This document shows positions 36,569-50,705 of a stretch of 53,571 bases of DNA, one piece after another; position 1 is the first letter of the stretch, and every line of letters begins with the position of its first letter. Source of the stretch: Octopus bimaculoides (Eukaryota). The stretch covers positions 25,342,074-25,395,644 of the forward strand of contig NC_069001.1 of assembly GCF_001194135.2 (NCBI RefSeq). The letters run 5' to 3'. The notes beneath the pieces were generated by a model that saw only the letters and a program-made list of their open reading frames with translations, made no database searches and was not told where the DNA came from. Position numbers and translations under genes: made by a program.

Positions 36569-37148
36569 CTTACACCCGCTGAAGTGCATCTATACTCGTG
36601 CATACTATGTGTACATGTATATATTAACCACATACATCGTAATAAATGTGGGCATAAAACGTAAAAACAGGCATATGTGATTGAACACACCTTCGCACAT
36701 ATACTTTGTAATTCCGATGCAAGTTCTTCTGTTGTGACTTACATAATTACATGATTTACATAAAATAACATGAAATACATTTATCCAAGTAAAATGATTC
36801 AAAATGTTTTTCTTCAATATAGTATGAATGCTCTATTCTCATGAAATCACAATTTCTATGTTTATCCGAGTGCTGAGAGAGACTAGATTACTCACTCCGC
36901 TAAAAACAATTTCGTAATCGTGCTATTGTTCACAGCCTGTAGTATCTGGTCCCCATTTCCAACGGGATTAATAGCGGGAAAGTAAAATAAAATACGTTCT
37001 TTATAATCAAGCATACAGTACACCACATCAAACGTGAAACCAATCTGTTACCGGTCAATCGTGAAATGTTCCGGCCTTACACCAGAAACATCGTATAGCC
37101 GTATTAAATGCAGAGTTTTTACCTTATTTGTACCTTAATTATTCTCAG

Positions 37149-37281
37149 AAGCTATGCAGATGATATGCAGACGATTTCCGGAAATACAGGCTCAAAACTA
37201 TGAATCTATAGAAGTCCCAAAATTTCGATACTTTGTTGTTATTTACTGCAGTCATCCCTACAAATGTGTGAAAACAAAGTG
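37149..37281 (+). CDS. Candidate internal exon (phase 1 to 2), product unknown
   Basis: Acceptor ccttaattattctcag, donor GTG|gtatgt, one open frame AMQMICRRFPEIQAQNYESIEVPKFRYFVVIYCSHPYKCVKTK; no homology recognised. Confidence 0.25.
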
Positions 37282-37392
37282 GTATGTCTCTGGTGCAATG
37301 AGATGTTTGAAGGCTTAGTAAACCCTCATGCAATTACATCAAAGTGCATATATATATATATTCAATCATATATATATATATATATATATATA

Positions 37393-37425
<33 letters not shown>

Positions 37426-37846
37426 CATACGTAGATATGTAGGTGCTTATGATATATATATATATAAAAACGTATGTATATGCCTAGACAGAAGAAAATT
37501 GTACGAAGTTGTAGGTTTCCTTACTTTTTTTTCTTCTCTTCCAGTTTCGGCATCAGCCTTATGTGCATTGGTTTCTAATGGTCTCTTCCTTTGCAGCATG
37601 AATGGACCCTGAGAACTTGCTTGAAAGTATATAACTTATGTCATAAATCTGCCAAACTAAAGTATGGCAAAAGCATGAGACTATTATTTTGTTGTATTAA
37701 CTGATATTAAATTGCGTATTAAATTAATATACATATTTTATATACATATTTTATATATATATATATATTAAGCCAAATCGTCAAACTAAAAGACCTACTT
37801 GTTTTTCCCTCGCCTGTCTTTATCTTTCGTTTTCTATACATTAGAA

Positions 37847-37886
<40 letters not shown>

Positions 37887-38899
37887 CTAAACACACACAC
37901 ACATACACATACCTATACATGTGTGTGTGCGTAATTGTTTGTTTCTTGTTTCAGCACACCTTTATGTATTGAGAACTTTGAACAGAGTTATTTTGTAAAT
38001 TTCTGAGTATAAACACATCAATACATGCAACTAACTACCCATATACATATTCACTCATCCAGAAAGTTACTTATACACATACACACACACACACACATGC
38101 ATGCAATATCTAGTATCGTATGCGACGTTATACGCATGTACATTTACAATCAATTAGTTATTCTTGTGTTATATAAAAATAATATCCGTTATATTTATGC
38201 ATAGGGAAAACTACAATGCCGATCACTATGAATAAAACATGCTCTGATTATAATGACGTGTAAAAACTCATGTTTAAACATTCTCTGCTTATCATGCATA
38301 TAAATATGAAACATCATCCGTGTTTGTATTTCGTTTTCTTTTGCTTATTTTCATCAATAAAGAGAATGCGGTTTTATTCACGTATAAAAGAGCGCTTGAA
38401 AACTGAGAACATATTTTTAGTATCAGAATGCAGAATGCATTTATTAGCTATATTCTATAAACGTGCTTCAGTGTTACGGTTATAATATTGTAGATAACTG
38501 TGCATAAGTAGGCATCCATAAATTTCCCAATACATTTTGTCTTTATCGAAGTATTGAACATATATTCCTTCATATTAGGCAACTCAGTGAACATAATCGA
38601 ATTTTTTTGCAGTCTCTACCGATGCTAATAATAATTGTGTTCATCATTAAAATGATTGCGAAATTGTTTAAAAAAATCGAGTCCCTGCACTTTGTCACTC
38701 AAACTGGGAGCAAATATCCTTAAAGCTGCAGACTGATTTTTAGAATACGACAGCATATATTGGGTGTTATGCACACGAGGAAAATATGACTGGAGAAATA
38801 TATTGTTGCTTCTGTTGACAGTCCTCTAGATAATGACTCGATACACTAGACATTGTAGCTATATACACAAATAATAAATTCACACTATCTTAAAGAAAT

Positions 38900-39160
38900 G
38901 TTGAGGCGCGTGTCCTAGTAGTTAGGGTGTCAGCATCATAATCGTAAGATTGTGGTTTCGATTCTTGGACCGTGCGACGCGTTATGTTCTTGAGCAAAAC
39001 ACTTCATTTCACGTTGCTCCAGGCCACTCAGCTGGCAAAAATGAGTAACGCTGTGATGGACTGGCGTCCTGTCCAGGTGGGGAACACATATGCCATTGTA
39101 ACCGGGAAACCGGGCCCATGAGTCTGGCTAGGCTTTAAAAGGGCGCATTTATTTTTATTT
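38900..39160 (+). mobile_element. SINE family C with 14-bp TSD
   Basis: tatcttaaagaaat at 38886-38899 and 39161-39174; B-box ggtttcgattc; body cttgagcaaaacacttcatttcacgttgctccag. Confidence 0.9.
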
Positions 39161-39455
39161 TATCTTAAAGAAATACGGATGTATTGCGAATACACGCCTT
39201 GTGTTCGAACTTGAAATCTTTAGTCCTTGTAACATATCCTATGAACTTATAATTTACTATACCCTATTTCATATAGACGTCTTCGATTTTAAAATGCCTT
39301 TGTACTTATAAATGTTTTTATATATTTTAAAATATCTAAGTGTTTTTAAATATTCTGTGCTTGTATTGTGACCTCTAAATTTTTATTCCACTCTAGTATA
39401 TCGTGTGAATTTATAATTCACTATGTTTTATATAATATCGGTGTATTTATATCTT

Positions 39456-40052
39456 ATTAGCAGAAATATCCAGCGTTGCCTGGATTAAAGAAAATAATGA
39501 AATTCGAAAATGCCTTTTAGATCTCTAACATGACACATGGATTATGCAGTTCTCAACAGTGATTAGCTGAGGTACAAACTATTAATGTCAATAACATATT
39601 TTGTCCAATGTTCTCACTGTTAAAATTGTTAAAAAAAAAACAGGTAGTTATTTGTCTTTGCAATCTCCTTCAATTGTCAGTACTTATTTGAAACACATTG
39701 AACCTGAAAATGCTTAAAATTTTAGAGAAACAAACCCAGCCACATTACTTGGAAAAAAATAATCTTTATTGTGCTGGTTTTTTGTAAAATTTCGCGCATG
39801 GGAAAGGCAACAAAATCGCCCCTCCCCACTTTGAATTGGATATTCCTATCTTAAAAACTAATAATCAATTATCTCGGTAACCATGGGAGTTGGAGGGCAA
39901 TAAAAATCTGAACATGAGCGGACCATGCTTCGGCTCTGTACTGAATTTCACGCGATTCCACTGCACCGTTCTCGAGTGAATCTGCCGACACTCAGTCAAT
40001 CAATCAATCAAACAATCAAGAACACTGCAATTTATAGTATAGAAGAGAAGAT
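39456..40052 (+). mobile_element. Non-autonomous Helitron/Helentron-like element
   Basis: 5' attagcagaaatatccagcgttgcctggat with ATCCAG/CTGGAT hairpin; 3' (tcaa)n microsatellite then tttatagtatagaagagaagat; same 5' motif as 45608. Confidence 0.5.
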
Positions 40053-41387
40053 TAATGAAGTAGATACTAGTAGATATTATATTATCTAGCAAGGATGTAA
40101 TTAATTGGTAGGAATTGAACTCGGGATGGCTAGTTTTGGATAAGCATGTGAATGGAATTTAAAATACAATAAAAATACCATAATGAACTGGTCCATAATG
40201 AGATATTCCTAACTATTATATAAAGGGAATAACGATAATGTCACAGATTTTTCGAATGTGAACGTGATTTGGATTTATTCGTTAATTTCTGTGTGGATTT
40301 TACCTTTATTCGTGGAAAGTGAGTTAAAGAAAGGTGTTACATTCTTCGAGAAAAGTGAGTTACTGTTATTGTGTTGTTATTTTCAAGAACTGTGTTATTG
40401 CTTTTCTTCGAAGCAAATTGTTGTTAATTCCACCGCGCGGGCGAATTGTTGTTAAATAGTTGTTAAAATGCCCATGTATTTATGAATGTTTTTATATAAA
40501 CTTAAATATCTAAGTGTTTTTAACTATTCGATATGCTTGTGTTGTGACCTCTAAATTTTTATTCCTCTATAGTATATCATATGAATTTATAATTCACTAT
40601 GTCTTATATAATATCGACGTTTTTATATCTTATTATGTATATATGTTGTACTTATTTTACTTATATATATTTTTTAAATGCCTATGTATTTAGAAATGTT
40701 TTAAAATATTTTTAGATATTTGAGGGCTTATATATATATATATATATATAAAGGCATATATATATATACATACATGTATATAGTCACATGTATATACATC
40801 TATATATTTAGATATATACATGTATATACATCTATATATATATATGTATGCACATATATATATATATATNNNNNNNNNNNNNNNNNNNNNNNNNNNNNNN
40901 NNNNNNNNNNNNNNNNNNNNNNNNNNNNNNNNNNNNNNNNNNNNNNNNNNNNNNNNNNNNNNNNNNNNNNNNNNNNNNNNNNNNNNNNNNNNNNNNNNNN
41001 NNNNNNNNNNNNNNNNNNNNNNNNNNNNNNNNNNNNNNNNNNNNNNNNNNNNNNNNNNNNNNNNNNNNNNNNNNNNNNNNNNNNNNNNNNNNNNNNNNNN
41101 NNNNNNNNNNNNNNNNNNNNNNNNNNNNNNNNNNNNNNNNNNNNNNNNNNNNNNNNNNNNNNNNNNNNNNNNNNNNNNNNNNNNNNNNNNNNNNNNNNNN
41201 NNNNNNNNNNNNNNNNNNNNNNNNNNNNNNNNNNNNNNNNNNNNNNNNNNNNNNNNNNNNNNNNNNNNNNNNNNNNNNNNNNNNNNNNNNNNNNNNNNNN
41301 NNNNNNNNNNNNNNNNNNNNNNNNNNNNNNNNNNNNNNNNNNNNNNNNNNNNNNNNNNNNNNNNNNNNNNNNNNNNNNNNNNNATAT

Positions 41388-41440
<53 letters not shown>

Positions 41441-41644
41441 GCATATATATATATACATACATGTATATAGTCACATGTATATACATCTATATATTTAGAT
41501 ATATACATGTATATACATCTATATATATATATGTATGCACATATATATATATATATGTATATATCTATATTCATATATTTATGTGTCTACACGTATGTGT
41601 ATATATATATATATACACATATGTGTGTTTGTGTGTGTGTGTAT

Positions 41645-41940
41645 ATAATCACGTGATTGACCAATCTAGCGACTGCTTTTATAAATCGCCTTTTACAATG
41701 CGCTTTCCACTTTTATGTCTTTAGAAATATGTCAACCTGGTGGGTCGGCAAACTTGCCAAAGTTTCCCCGTTTCGGAATGTTAGTCCGTCTCATTGTTAC
41801 TCATATACAGGTATATGGACTGGAGCAACCTGAAAAACAGCGTTTTGTTGGAGAACACAATGCGTCGTTCGATCCGCAAATCGAGCCTACGTTGTAGCGA
41901 TCGTGAGTGCTGCAACCTAACCATAGGATACGCACCTTCC
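41645..41940 (-). mobile_element. SINE family C, degenerate
   Basis: Reverse complement has a tRNA-like head (ggttaggttgcagcactcacgatcg) and the body motif caggttgctccagtcca. Confidence 0.65.
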
Positions 41941-42039
41941 CATTACATATATATGCATGTTTGTGCTTGTGTGTGAGTATGTGTGTATATATATGTATAT
42001 GTGTGTATATATATATATGTACATATATACATATATATA

Positions 42040-42079
<40 letters not shown>

Positions 42080-42887
42080 TACGCGGTAATGAAATTAGCT
42101 TCGCACCTGTGATGATTTGTCTTGATGTTATTACGTGGCATTTCGGTTTTGTATTATTTTCTATAAATTTTCTTTGGCTCATAAATTGGGCGTGGAATTG
42201 CTTAAAAACCCTTGTGATGAAATAGGTCTCTATAACTCAAAAATATACATCGTTGAATATGCATTGTATCCTCTTAATCTTGCCAGCGAATTATATTACT
42301 ACGGTATTTTCAACCCATTACTACTTAAAATTTAGAGCAGTAATTCCTTTTGATAGGACAACTGAACACTTATCGATGAGAGTATAAACCCATCACCATC
42401 TACACAGACACAGACACATAGGGAGAGATATAGAAACAGAGATAAACACACTAGCAAGTAGAGAGAACAGTGCGAGTCTCTTGTATGCGTATGTATTTAT
42501 TCGTAGCTATTGGCTGCGGTAGCGATATTGGTTGAACCTCGAACAAAAGTACCGTAAGCTATTAATTCCTTTCGACTACCAGGAAACATGCCTTGTAATT
42601 TTCACCATCGTTATCGTAGTGATCCGTCGATTGGAGGCTATCTTCCCCAAATACATGGTATAAAGTATTGGTGGTGAGTGGGTATGTAATTAAGTAAATC
42701 CCTTTCATGCTAACCTATGTATAGTGCCATAAACATGAAAAAATATGATAATGTATCATACATCATAGGGCTAGTCGGATCTATCATATTATTGTGTTTA
42801 GCACGATATGTGTTCGTGCGATATGCTTTTAAGACGTATTGATAATGAATGAAATGAAAGACATATTCGAGGTTGAAACGTTCTACT

Positions 42888-43594
42888 TGATAAATTAGGA
42901 CACGAAATGGGAAATAACTACGTTTGGTATTCTAAAAGAACTTCATGTGTTACAGATACAGTAACATTAAAACTGCAATGACATTTAATTAAAAATCTTT
43001 AACACATTGACAACGTCAATTATCTTGCTCCTTACATGTTTGAGGCTGTACTTGCTACCATAAGGTAAACTTGAAAATTTTGAATGATTTAAATTATATA
43101 TATAGGTGTGTGTGTGTGTGTGTGNNNNNNNNNNNNNNNNNNNNNNNNNNNNNNNNNNNNNNNNNNNNNNNNNNNNNNNNNNNNNNNNNNNNNNNNNNNN
43201 NNNNNNNNNNNNNNNNNNNNNNNNNNNNNNNNNNNNNNNNNNNNNNNNNNNNNNNNNNNNNNNNNNNNNNNNNNNNNNNNNNNNNNNNNNNNNNNNNNNN
43301 NNNNNNNNNNNNNNNNNNNNNNNNNNNNNNNNNNNNNNNNNNNNNNNNNNNNNNNNNNNNNNNNNNNNNNNNNNNNNNNNNNNNNNNNNNNNNNNNNNNN
43401 NNNNNNNNNNNNNNNNNNNNNNNNNNNNNNNNNNNNNNNNNNNNNNNNNNNNNNNNNNNNNNNNNNNNNNNNNNNNNNNNNNNNNNNNNNNNNNNNNNNN
43501 NNNNNNNNNNNNNNNNNNNNNNNNNNNNNNNNNNNNNNNNNNNNNNNNNNNNNNNNNNNNNNNNNNNNNNNNNNNNNNNNNNNNATATATATAC

Positions 43595-43625
<31 letters not shown>

Positions 43626-43894
43626 CATATATAAATATATCTATCTACAAACACACACACACACACCTATATATATATATATATATAATTTAAACCATTC
43701 AAAATTTTCAAGTTTACCTTATGGTAGCAAGTACAGCCTCAAACATGTAAGGAGCAAGATAATTGACGTTGTCAATGTGTTAAAGATTTATAATTAAATG
43801 CCATTGCAGTTTTAATGTTACTGAATCTGTAACACATGAAGTTCTTTTAGAATACCAAACGTAGTTATTTCCCATTTCGTGCCCTAATTTATCA
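42888..43894. repeat. About 230-bp, highly identical inverted repeats flanking a microsatellite and gap
   Basis: 42888-43124 is the reverse complement of about 43647-43894, with about five substitutions and a different TA run length. Confidence 0.9.
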
Positions 43895-44559
43895 CGCACG
43901 CACGCACGCTAATTTATATTCCAAATAACGGATTACGAATAACAGTGTGTTTACTAAAGTCTCCGAGATAACCCAATGGATTGAAACAAAAGCAAGTTAC
44001 TTCGACAGCTATGTAAACTCGGCAGACATATATACGTCGACACAGAATTACGTGTGTTCATAAAACGTGCAGATTTACCGAGTGCCACCACATACAATTA
44101 AGACACCTTACTAAATTTATTTGAATGTATTCTACTTTACTTACTGTTTGCACACAGCATTGTTGTGTGTAATAGATTTACGAATGACAAACCAGCTCAT
44201 TTCATTAGGTAATAAAGGAAATGCGTGTAGAACAATCCCTTCAAGGGACGCCATTCACTAATGGAATAATTTCTGGTGCTGTGAGATATATATTTCAATG
44301 GAAGTTCAAATGACACCCGAACAGATGAGAAAATCCTTCCCACATTAGCAGATAGAATACGAATGTATAATATATTGCATTTCGTTCTATAAACTCACTC
44401 TCTTTCCTTCTTTTTCTTCTTCTTCTTCCACATAAGTTTTTTTGGCGTTCTGAAAAAGGTGCAAAAAGATTGATCGCACTTACATATATACCCATAAAAA
44501 CTAATAAACTTTTTATTTGCTTCTACATTATTCATACATAAATACACACAAATATGTAC

Positions 44560-44601
44560 ATGATATATGTACATTTATATATATATATATACAAATATAT
44601 A

Positions 44602-44645
<44 letters not shown>

Positions 44646-44864
44646 ACATATATATATAACATATATATATATATGTATTTATATATATATATACAACATA
44701 TATATATATATGTATTTATATATATATATATATACAACATATATATATATATGTATTTATANNNNNNNNNNNNNNNNNNNNNNNNNNNNNNNNNNNNNNN
44801 NNNNNNNNNNNNNNNNNNNNNNNNNNNNNNNNNNNNNNNNNNNNNNNNNNNNNNNNNNNNNNNN

Positions 44865-44926
<62 letters not shown>

Positions 44927-45018
44927 TTTGAATACACACACATACAAACATATACCTTACATACACATATGCATGTATGTATGTGTATATATATATATAT
45001 ATATATATGTATAAATAC

Positions 45019-45054
<36 letters not shown>

Positions 45055-45183
45055 CTGTGTCTGTGTACGTTGGTGTGTATTAATTTGTTACTCTCCAAGA
45101 AGAAATCTAGCGTTATTAAACATATATCCTTCAATAAAGGTCAATACTCCAATAACGAATCAAAACGCATACTGCTTTAAATT

Positions 45184-45235
<52 letters not shown>

Positions 45236-45250
45236 CTTCTCTGTTTCCCA
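44560..45250. repeat. TA-rich minisatellite/microsatellite block with gap, then (CT)n
   Basis: Repeated atacaacatatatatat...gtattta units at 44640-44761; (CT)n at about 45184-45235. Confidence 0.88.
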
Positions 45251-45607
45251 CTCAATCATTGACTCCATTGCCTTCTTTTTCTACCCCCATTGCTACATCT
45301 CCAGTATATCAGTTTTTACCTTAAACTGTTGTTCCCCTTCAGTCACTTTTCAACTCGTAAGTCTTAACTGAATTATTGGATACCGCAAATTCAGACGCCC
45401 AGACACTGTGTTTTACATACACTCTGATACGCATATTTGCATCCATACACACATATACTGACATACATACACACAAATATACGTATATACATGTATAAAC
45501 ACACACACACACATACGTATATATATATAATTATGTACGTGTATGTGTGTTTACATTTCATTTGAATAACAGGAATGCATATATGCAATATGTTCATGTT
45601 TATATAT

Positions 45608-47078
45608 ACTAGCAGATATACCCGGCGTTGGCCAGGTTAAGAAGCATAAGGACATGTAAAAACGCCGTCTACATTACGCTGGTCTCACCCGTTAGTGGTG
45701 GAGATACCAACTTTCTACATTAATAACTCTGCGACCCATGCCAGCATGGAACATAGACGTTAAGTGAAACGTTAAAACGCTTTCACCGCATATATACATA
45801 TAAGGTAAATACAAATAATTCAAAAAAACACATTTTGTGTACCTTATTTCGTAACCAAAAACAGGTACAGCTTATAAACAATGAAAGGTTGATTGTGGTG
45901 ATTTCAATTGACAGCGGCAGTAAAGAGCCAATTCGACGATAAATCTAATCTTGGATCATGAAAATTTTCATGAATCTTGGCTCAGTTAAATCACTAGTGG
46001 CTCCAAATGATGGCATCTGTAGCGTTCGCTTGTCTAATTTTGTTTTGGAAATGCTTGGAATGTTGTTCAGTTGATGACAACAGTTACTTCAATGGCTCTA
46101 GAGGTTGGGGGATTGCAGGGAAGCTGTCTCTCTTTCCCTGGACAGACACATTATATTCTATTGGTTGACCTTGATATTAATGACAGATTTAACACTTTCC
46201 ATCTTGGCATGGTTATATACGTATACAGAGATACACAGGTGCAGGAGATAATAAACAATGAAAATAACTGGGTAACGGAAATTTTATTTCTTAATAAGAC
46301 GGGCAGAAATTAGATAAGACATTTTTAAAGAAAATAATGAATTGTATGGGTTGAAGCGAGATTTGTCAGTGAACCATAAAGTCAGTATCGAACGAACCAG
46401 AACAAAGCCGTTAACAACAGAATTTAGGATTTTTTACGGAAATTACTTTCTCTCAGTAATGTGTTGTTTCTGTTTGTAAATAGCAATTGAAAACTTACAG
46501 TGAATATAGAAGCGATTGAACTTTAAGTGAAAACAATACCATTTGGAAAATGAAAGTGAAAACAGTAGAGTGAGAAGGAGAGATAGAGAGCTAGTTAGCT
46601 AATTAGGCAAATAAGATCGAGATAAATAGAGAGATAAGATATAGACAGATACATACAGAGAGATAGAGTTAGTGATAGAGATTCATAGACAGAAATAGAT
46701 AAAAATATATAGATAGATAGATAGAGAGATATACACGTCACTGACGATAGAAAACCGGATGTAAATATGTTAAAAATCTAATATAAAAAGCAATGTTTCT
46801 TTTTTATGACAAATGAATGTAAGGGAGACAATCGTCTTCTGAAAATTACTTCCGAAAGAGTATCTTCCTTGTTCTCGTAATCCAGGAAGGATGGTTTTCT
46901 GCCCCAGAGTCCCCGTTACTAATTGTGTGACAAATGTTAAGAGTCTTAAACCATCCCTAGAATATAAGTAATGCATGTTCCCAATTTAGAGAAAATCAGT
47001 TGAAAAATACGGCCGTTATAATCTTTTAAACACACACACACACACACACACACACAGAACGGGATTTTTATTATAGAT
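45608..47078 (+). mobile_element. Non-autonomous Helitron/Helentron-like element
   Basis: 5' actagcagatatacccggcgttggccaggt; 3' ...gagaaaatcagttgaaaaatacggccgttata-(CA)n-ttttattatagat. Joining the two ends into one element is an inference. Confidence 0.5.
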
Positions 47079-47139
47079 ATATACACACATATAAAGATGT
47101 ACGTATATACAAATATACATATGCGTATGTGTATATTTG

Positions 47140-47739
47140 TATGCATGTGTATATTCTCAAAAAAGAATAGACCAGCATTCTATTTGTGATATGCTTTTGA
47201 AACGGAATAAAATCATACCCTTTTTGAAACAACTTGTGACTGAAGATGAAAAATGGATTGTGTACGAAAACGTAATGCGTAAAAGATCCTGGAGTTTTCG
47301 TGAATATCCCCGAAAATACGAACCAAACACGAATACCTGTACTAAAAATGCTATGCGCTGGGAGATCATAAGACATTATTTTTCATGAGTATTTGGCGAT
47401 CCGAACAAGACCACAAACTTCATTGGAATGTCTTTCTTACTCCATCCAACATATTCTCCAGAAACTGCACCATCCGACTACGACGTGTTATTGTTTCTAC
47501 AGAACTCATCGGAAGGAAAAAAAATAGCAATTTAGATGGAATCAAAATATTTTCTTGATAAAATGATAATTTTTTTTCTTCAAAATCAGTCAAATTTCAT
47601 GCTCATGGAATATTTAAATTGCCTTATAGAGGGCAACGGTCATTATTAATAATGGAAATAAAATGTATTGAAAGGTCAATTATCTATGTCCCTTTTTGCA
47701 TATTACAAAAACGCTCAGAACTTTCCGGACAACCTAATA
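47140..47739 (+). pseudogene. Mariner transposase remnant with right TIR
   Basis: PFLKQLVTEDEKWIVYENVMRKRSWS (TGDEKW motif), LHPTYSPETAPSDY (YSPDLAP motif), terminal gaactttccggacaaccta-ata. Confidence 0.88.
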
Positions 47740-49342
47740 CATGCACACACACATAAACACGCGCGCGGACACGAACACCCCTCCCACACACACAAACAGA
47801 CACATAAACACACACACACATATATACTGTTTTATAATTTCATATATATGTTTATGTGCATATATATAGGTAGGCATATGTGAATATATATGTGTATATA
47901 TATGTGCGTGTGAGGGAGTGTGTGTGTGTATATATACATATATATATATATATATAAAGGAAAATTTGTAGGTGAAGACTAACTTTAATTCATAATTAAG
48001 GTATATAAATGCATGTGTGTATATATATATATATGTGTGTGTGCGTGTAGTGTGTGTGAGAGTGAGTATGTATGTGGTATTGGATACCCGTATGTTTTAA
48101 GCTATGCACGCTACTATTTTTAGTTTTGTTTGACGCTGAAACGTCTAAATATGATATCAGCTCATACATTCAGGTTGCTTTTGATGCAAATAGCTAAATT
48201 CAGGAAGCACTTCTGGAATATGCATGCAAAAATATTCATAAGCAGATTTAAATATCTTAATACACATTGATAATGAATAGGTTACCTACAATCTTTAGGA
48301 AATAGTGCTTGCTTATATCTATCTTATATAAAAAGAATACTTGGTGTCTGCATCTATTCATATGAAAAATCACCGATATGTTCATGTCGTCTATATTGTA
48401 TGTGTTAAACACCGAGAAGCAAGTAAGATTGCTATAGATAATTAGCATCTTGTGTTGATGAATAACGAAATTTCTTTAGTTTTATATTACATGATCATCT
48501 TCCAACGAACAGTAAAATAATTATGAACATTGTTAGTCAATTTTCAGTAGGCAATTTCCCTGCAATTATCGATAGAAATCTCTGCGATTGTTCATCAATT
48601 CCGAACATTTGTTTAGCATTGCAATCGCCTGTTAGAGGATGTAATATTTCGCCGATAGACAAATATCAGTGCTAGGGAGATTGATATAGAGACCCGCGTA
48701 TTATGTAATGGAAAAAAATCGATTATATAATTGTAATTCTTATCATTTATACGTATTTGAATCATGAGGTGGTCGATTTATCCAGATACATACACATGGT
48801 GTCGGGGCTAAATATAACGACGCTTTATGTCTTCATTGATCAGAAACAATCAACAGCGTTGGAGAGTATAACGATTAGAGTTGTAGATCAACAAATGTTA
48901 CTTGACATGGAGGATTGAAAGTCGTCTCAATCTCAGAAAATAATTATTTCTATCACAATGATTGACATGGGATCAACATGACGAAATACTGAATGCTGCT
49001 CAACATGCTGTGAGCACAGTTGTGGTTGGGAGACCTAATATTGACCATGAAATCAAATTCCCCAAAATGGATGTGTCTTCAGTGTGGGTAGATTGATCCC
49101 ACTTTTTTTAACAGTTTCAGACTCAACTAACATGGCTATTTTAATCTACTGGAGACTGGGGTCAATATCTGGCTCGAGATAATTGATGCTGGAAAGTGTG
49201 CCAGGAGAATTTAGTGGTTATCTTTGAGCCATCTCTCAATATATTTTGATGTTTTAAAATACTTTTATTTCTGGACGGTATATTGTATATTACTTTCCTA
49301 TTATATGCAGTATAAACGCTAATTAGTAATTACACAACCGAT

Positions 49343-49770
49343 CGCCTATCCAACACGGTTATTCAAGAGAAAAGTCTTAATCGGCAGTTTGGAGTTCTTC
49401 TGCTGCACGACAACACCCGCCCTCATATCACCAATATGACCGAGGAAGTCATTCAGACACATGGTTGGGAAGTGCTGCCACACCCACCGTACTATCCTGA
49501 TATGGCACCAACTGATTTCCATCTCTTTCGATATCTTTCAAATGCTATGCAAGGAGTTTCGTTCAACACTGATGCAGAAGTGAGAGCTTGGTTGGATCAA
49601 TTTATCGAGTCGAAATCGGGTGATTTCTACCAACGAGATACTGAAAATCTTGTTGAACGTTGGAAAGAAGGTTGAATACATTATTGATTAATTAGGTTTT
49701 ATATTTTATCAAACCTTTTAAAAAATTTAAATTTAGAAAAATGGCGGGAACTTAGTTGCCAACCCAATAT
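49343..49770 (+). pseudogene. Mariner transposase C-terminal remnant with right TIR
   Basis: VLLLHDNTRPH...WEVLPHPPYYPDMAPTDFHLFRYL...LVERW; terminal ggaacttagttgccaacccaata-ta. Confidence 0.92.
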
Positions 49771-50109
49771 ACTAAAATTGTGATGCATCTTATGTAATAT
49801 CAGGCTAATCAGACATGAGATAATAACAATTCAAAATAAATAACCAAAAACGCTTTCCCAGAGAATATAACCCTCATAGGCGCTAGTGTTGATATTTTCG
49901 TGAATAAGTCACTAACCGAAATAAGTGAATCTATCGTTTCGGAAAACTCTATTTACTTGTTTAATAGTTGCACTAGATACATTGCGAAAATAACTCTAGC
50001 AGTTCAAATACTAAAAGCTAAGCATATCAATTTGATTTATACCAAATAATTTAGAAAGATAAATGGGTTATTTCCCTTGAATATTAAAATGAAATATATA
50101 AGATATATA

Positions 50110-50290
50110 TATAAGGATCCCTTTCATGTGTCCTATTGACGACCTTTTCAACAATCTGAGTATGACATGTGGTCTCCGAACATTAGTTCTACACACGTGT
50201 CAAGTTTCATGAAAATCGATAAAACGATGTTGGGGGAGTTAGCTAACATCTCCACAAACACACCCACAGACAGTATTTCCCATATATGTA

Positions 50291-50295
<5 letters not shown>
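50110..50295 (+). mobile_element. 3' end of a Helitron/Helentron-like element
   Basis: gtgtcaagtttcatgaaaatcg...acaaacacacccacagacag...atatatgtagtat follows the same 3' layout as 39456 and 45608. Confidence 0.4.
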
Positions 50296-50330
<35 letters not shown>

Positions 50331-50334
50331 GTAA

Positions 50335-50525
50335 ATGCTTGTGTGTCTGTGTTCGCCCACCCCACTATCACTTGACAACCGATGTTGGTTTAATTATATC
50401 CCCGTTAAAAAAAAGACCGATAGAAAAAATACTAAACTTACGAAGAATAAGTGCTCGCGTCGATTTGTTGAACTGAAGGCAGTGCCCCAGCATGGCCTCT
50501 GTTAAATGACTGAAAGAAGTAAAAA
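50335..50525 (+). mobile_element. SINE family B, 3' half
   Basis: cttgacaaccgatgttgg, aagaccgataga, ggcagtgccccagcatggcc, aaatgactgaaa. Confidence 0.8.
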
Positions 50526-50634
50526 AAATTGAGCGTATATATACATATATATATATTTGTATCTATATGCATATATGTGTATATGTATATGTACATGTTC
50601 ATATCTATATGAATATAGATGTGTTTGTGTGTGT

Positions 50635-50705
<71 letters not shown>

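Noticed and set aside
40730-41560. Identical roughly 130-bp direct repeat on both sides of the 40870-41383 gap
   Set aside because: Most likely overlapping contig ends duplicated by scaffolding.
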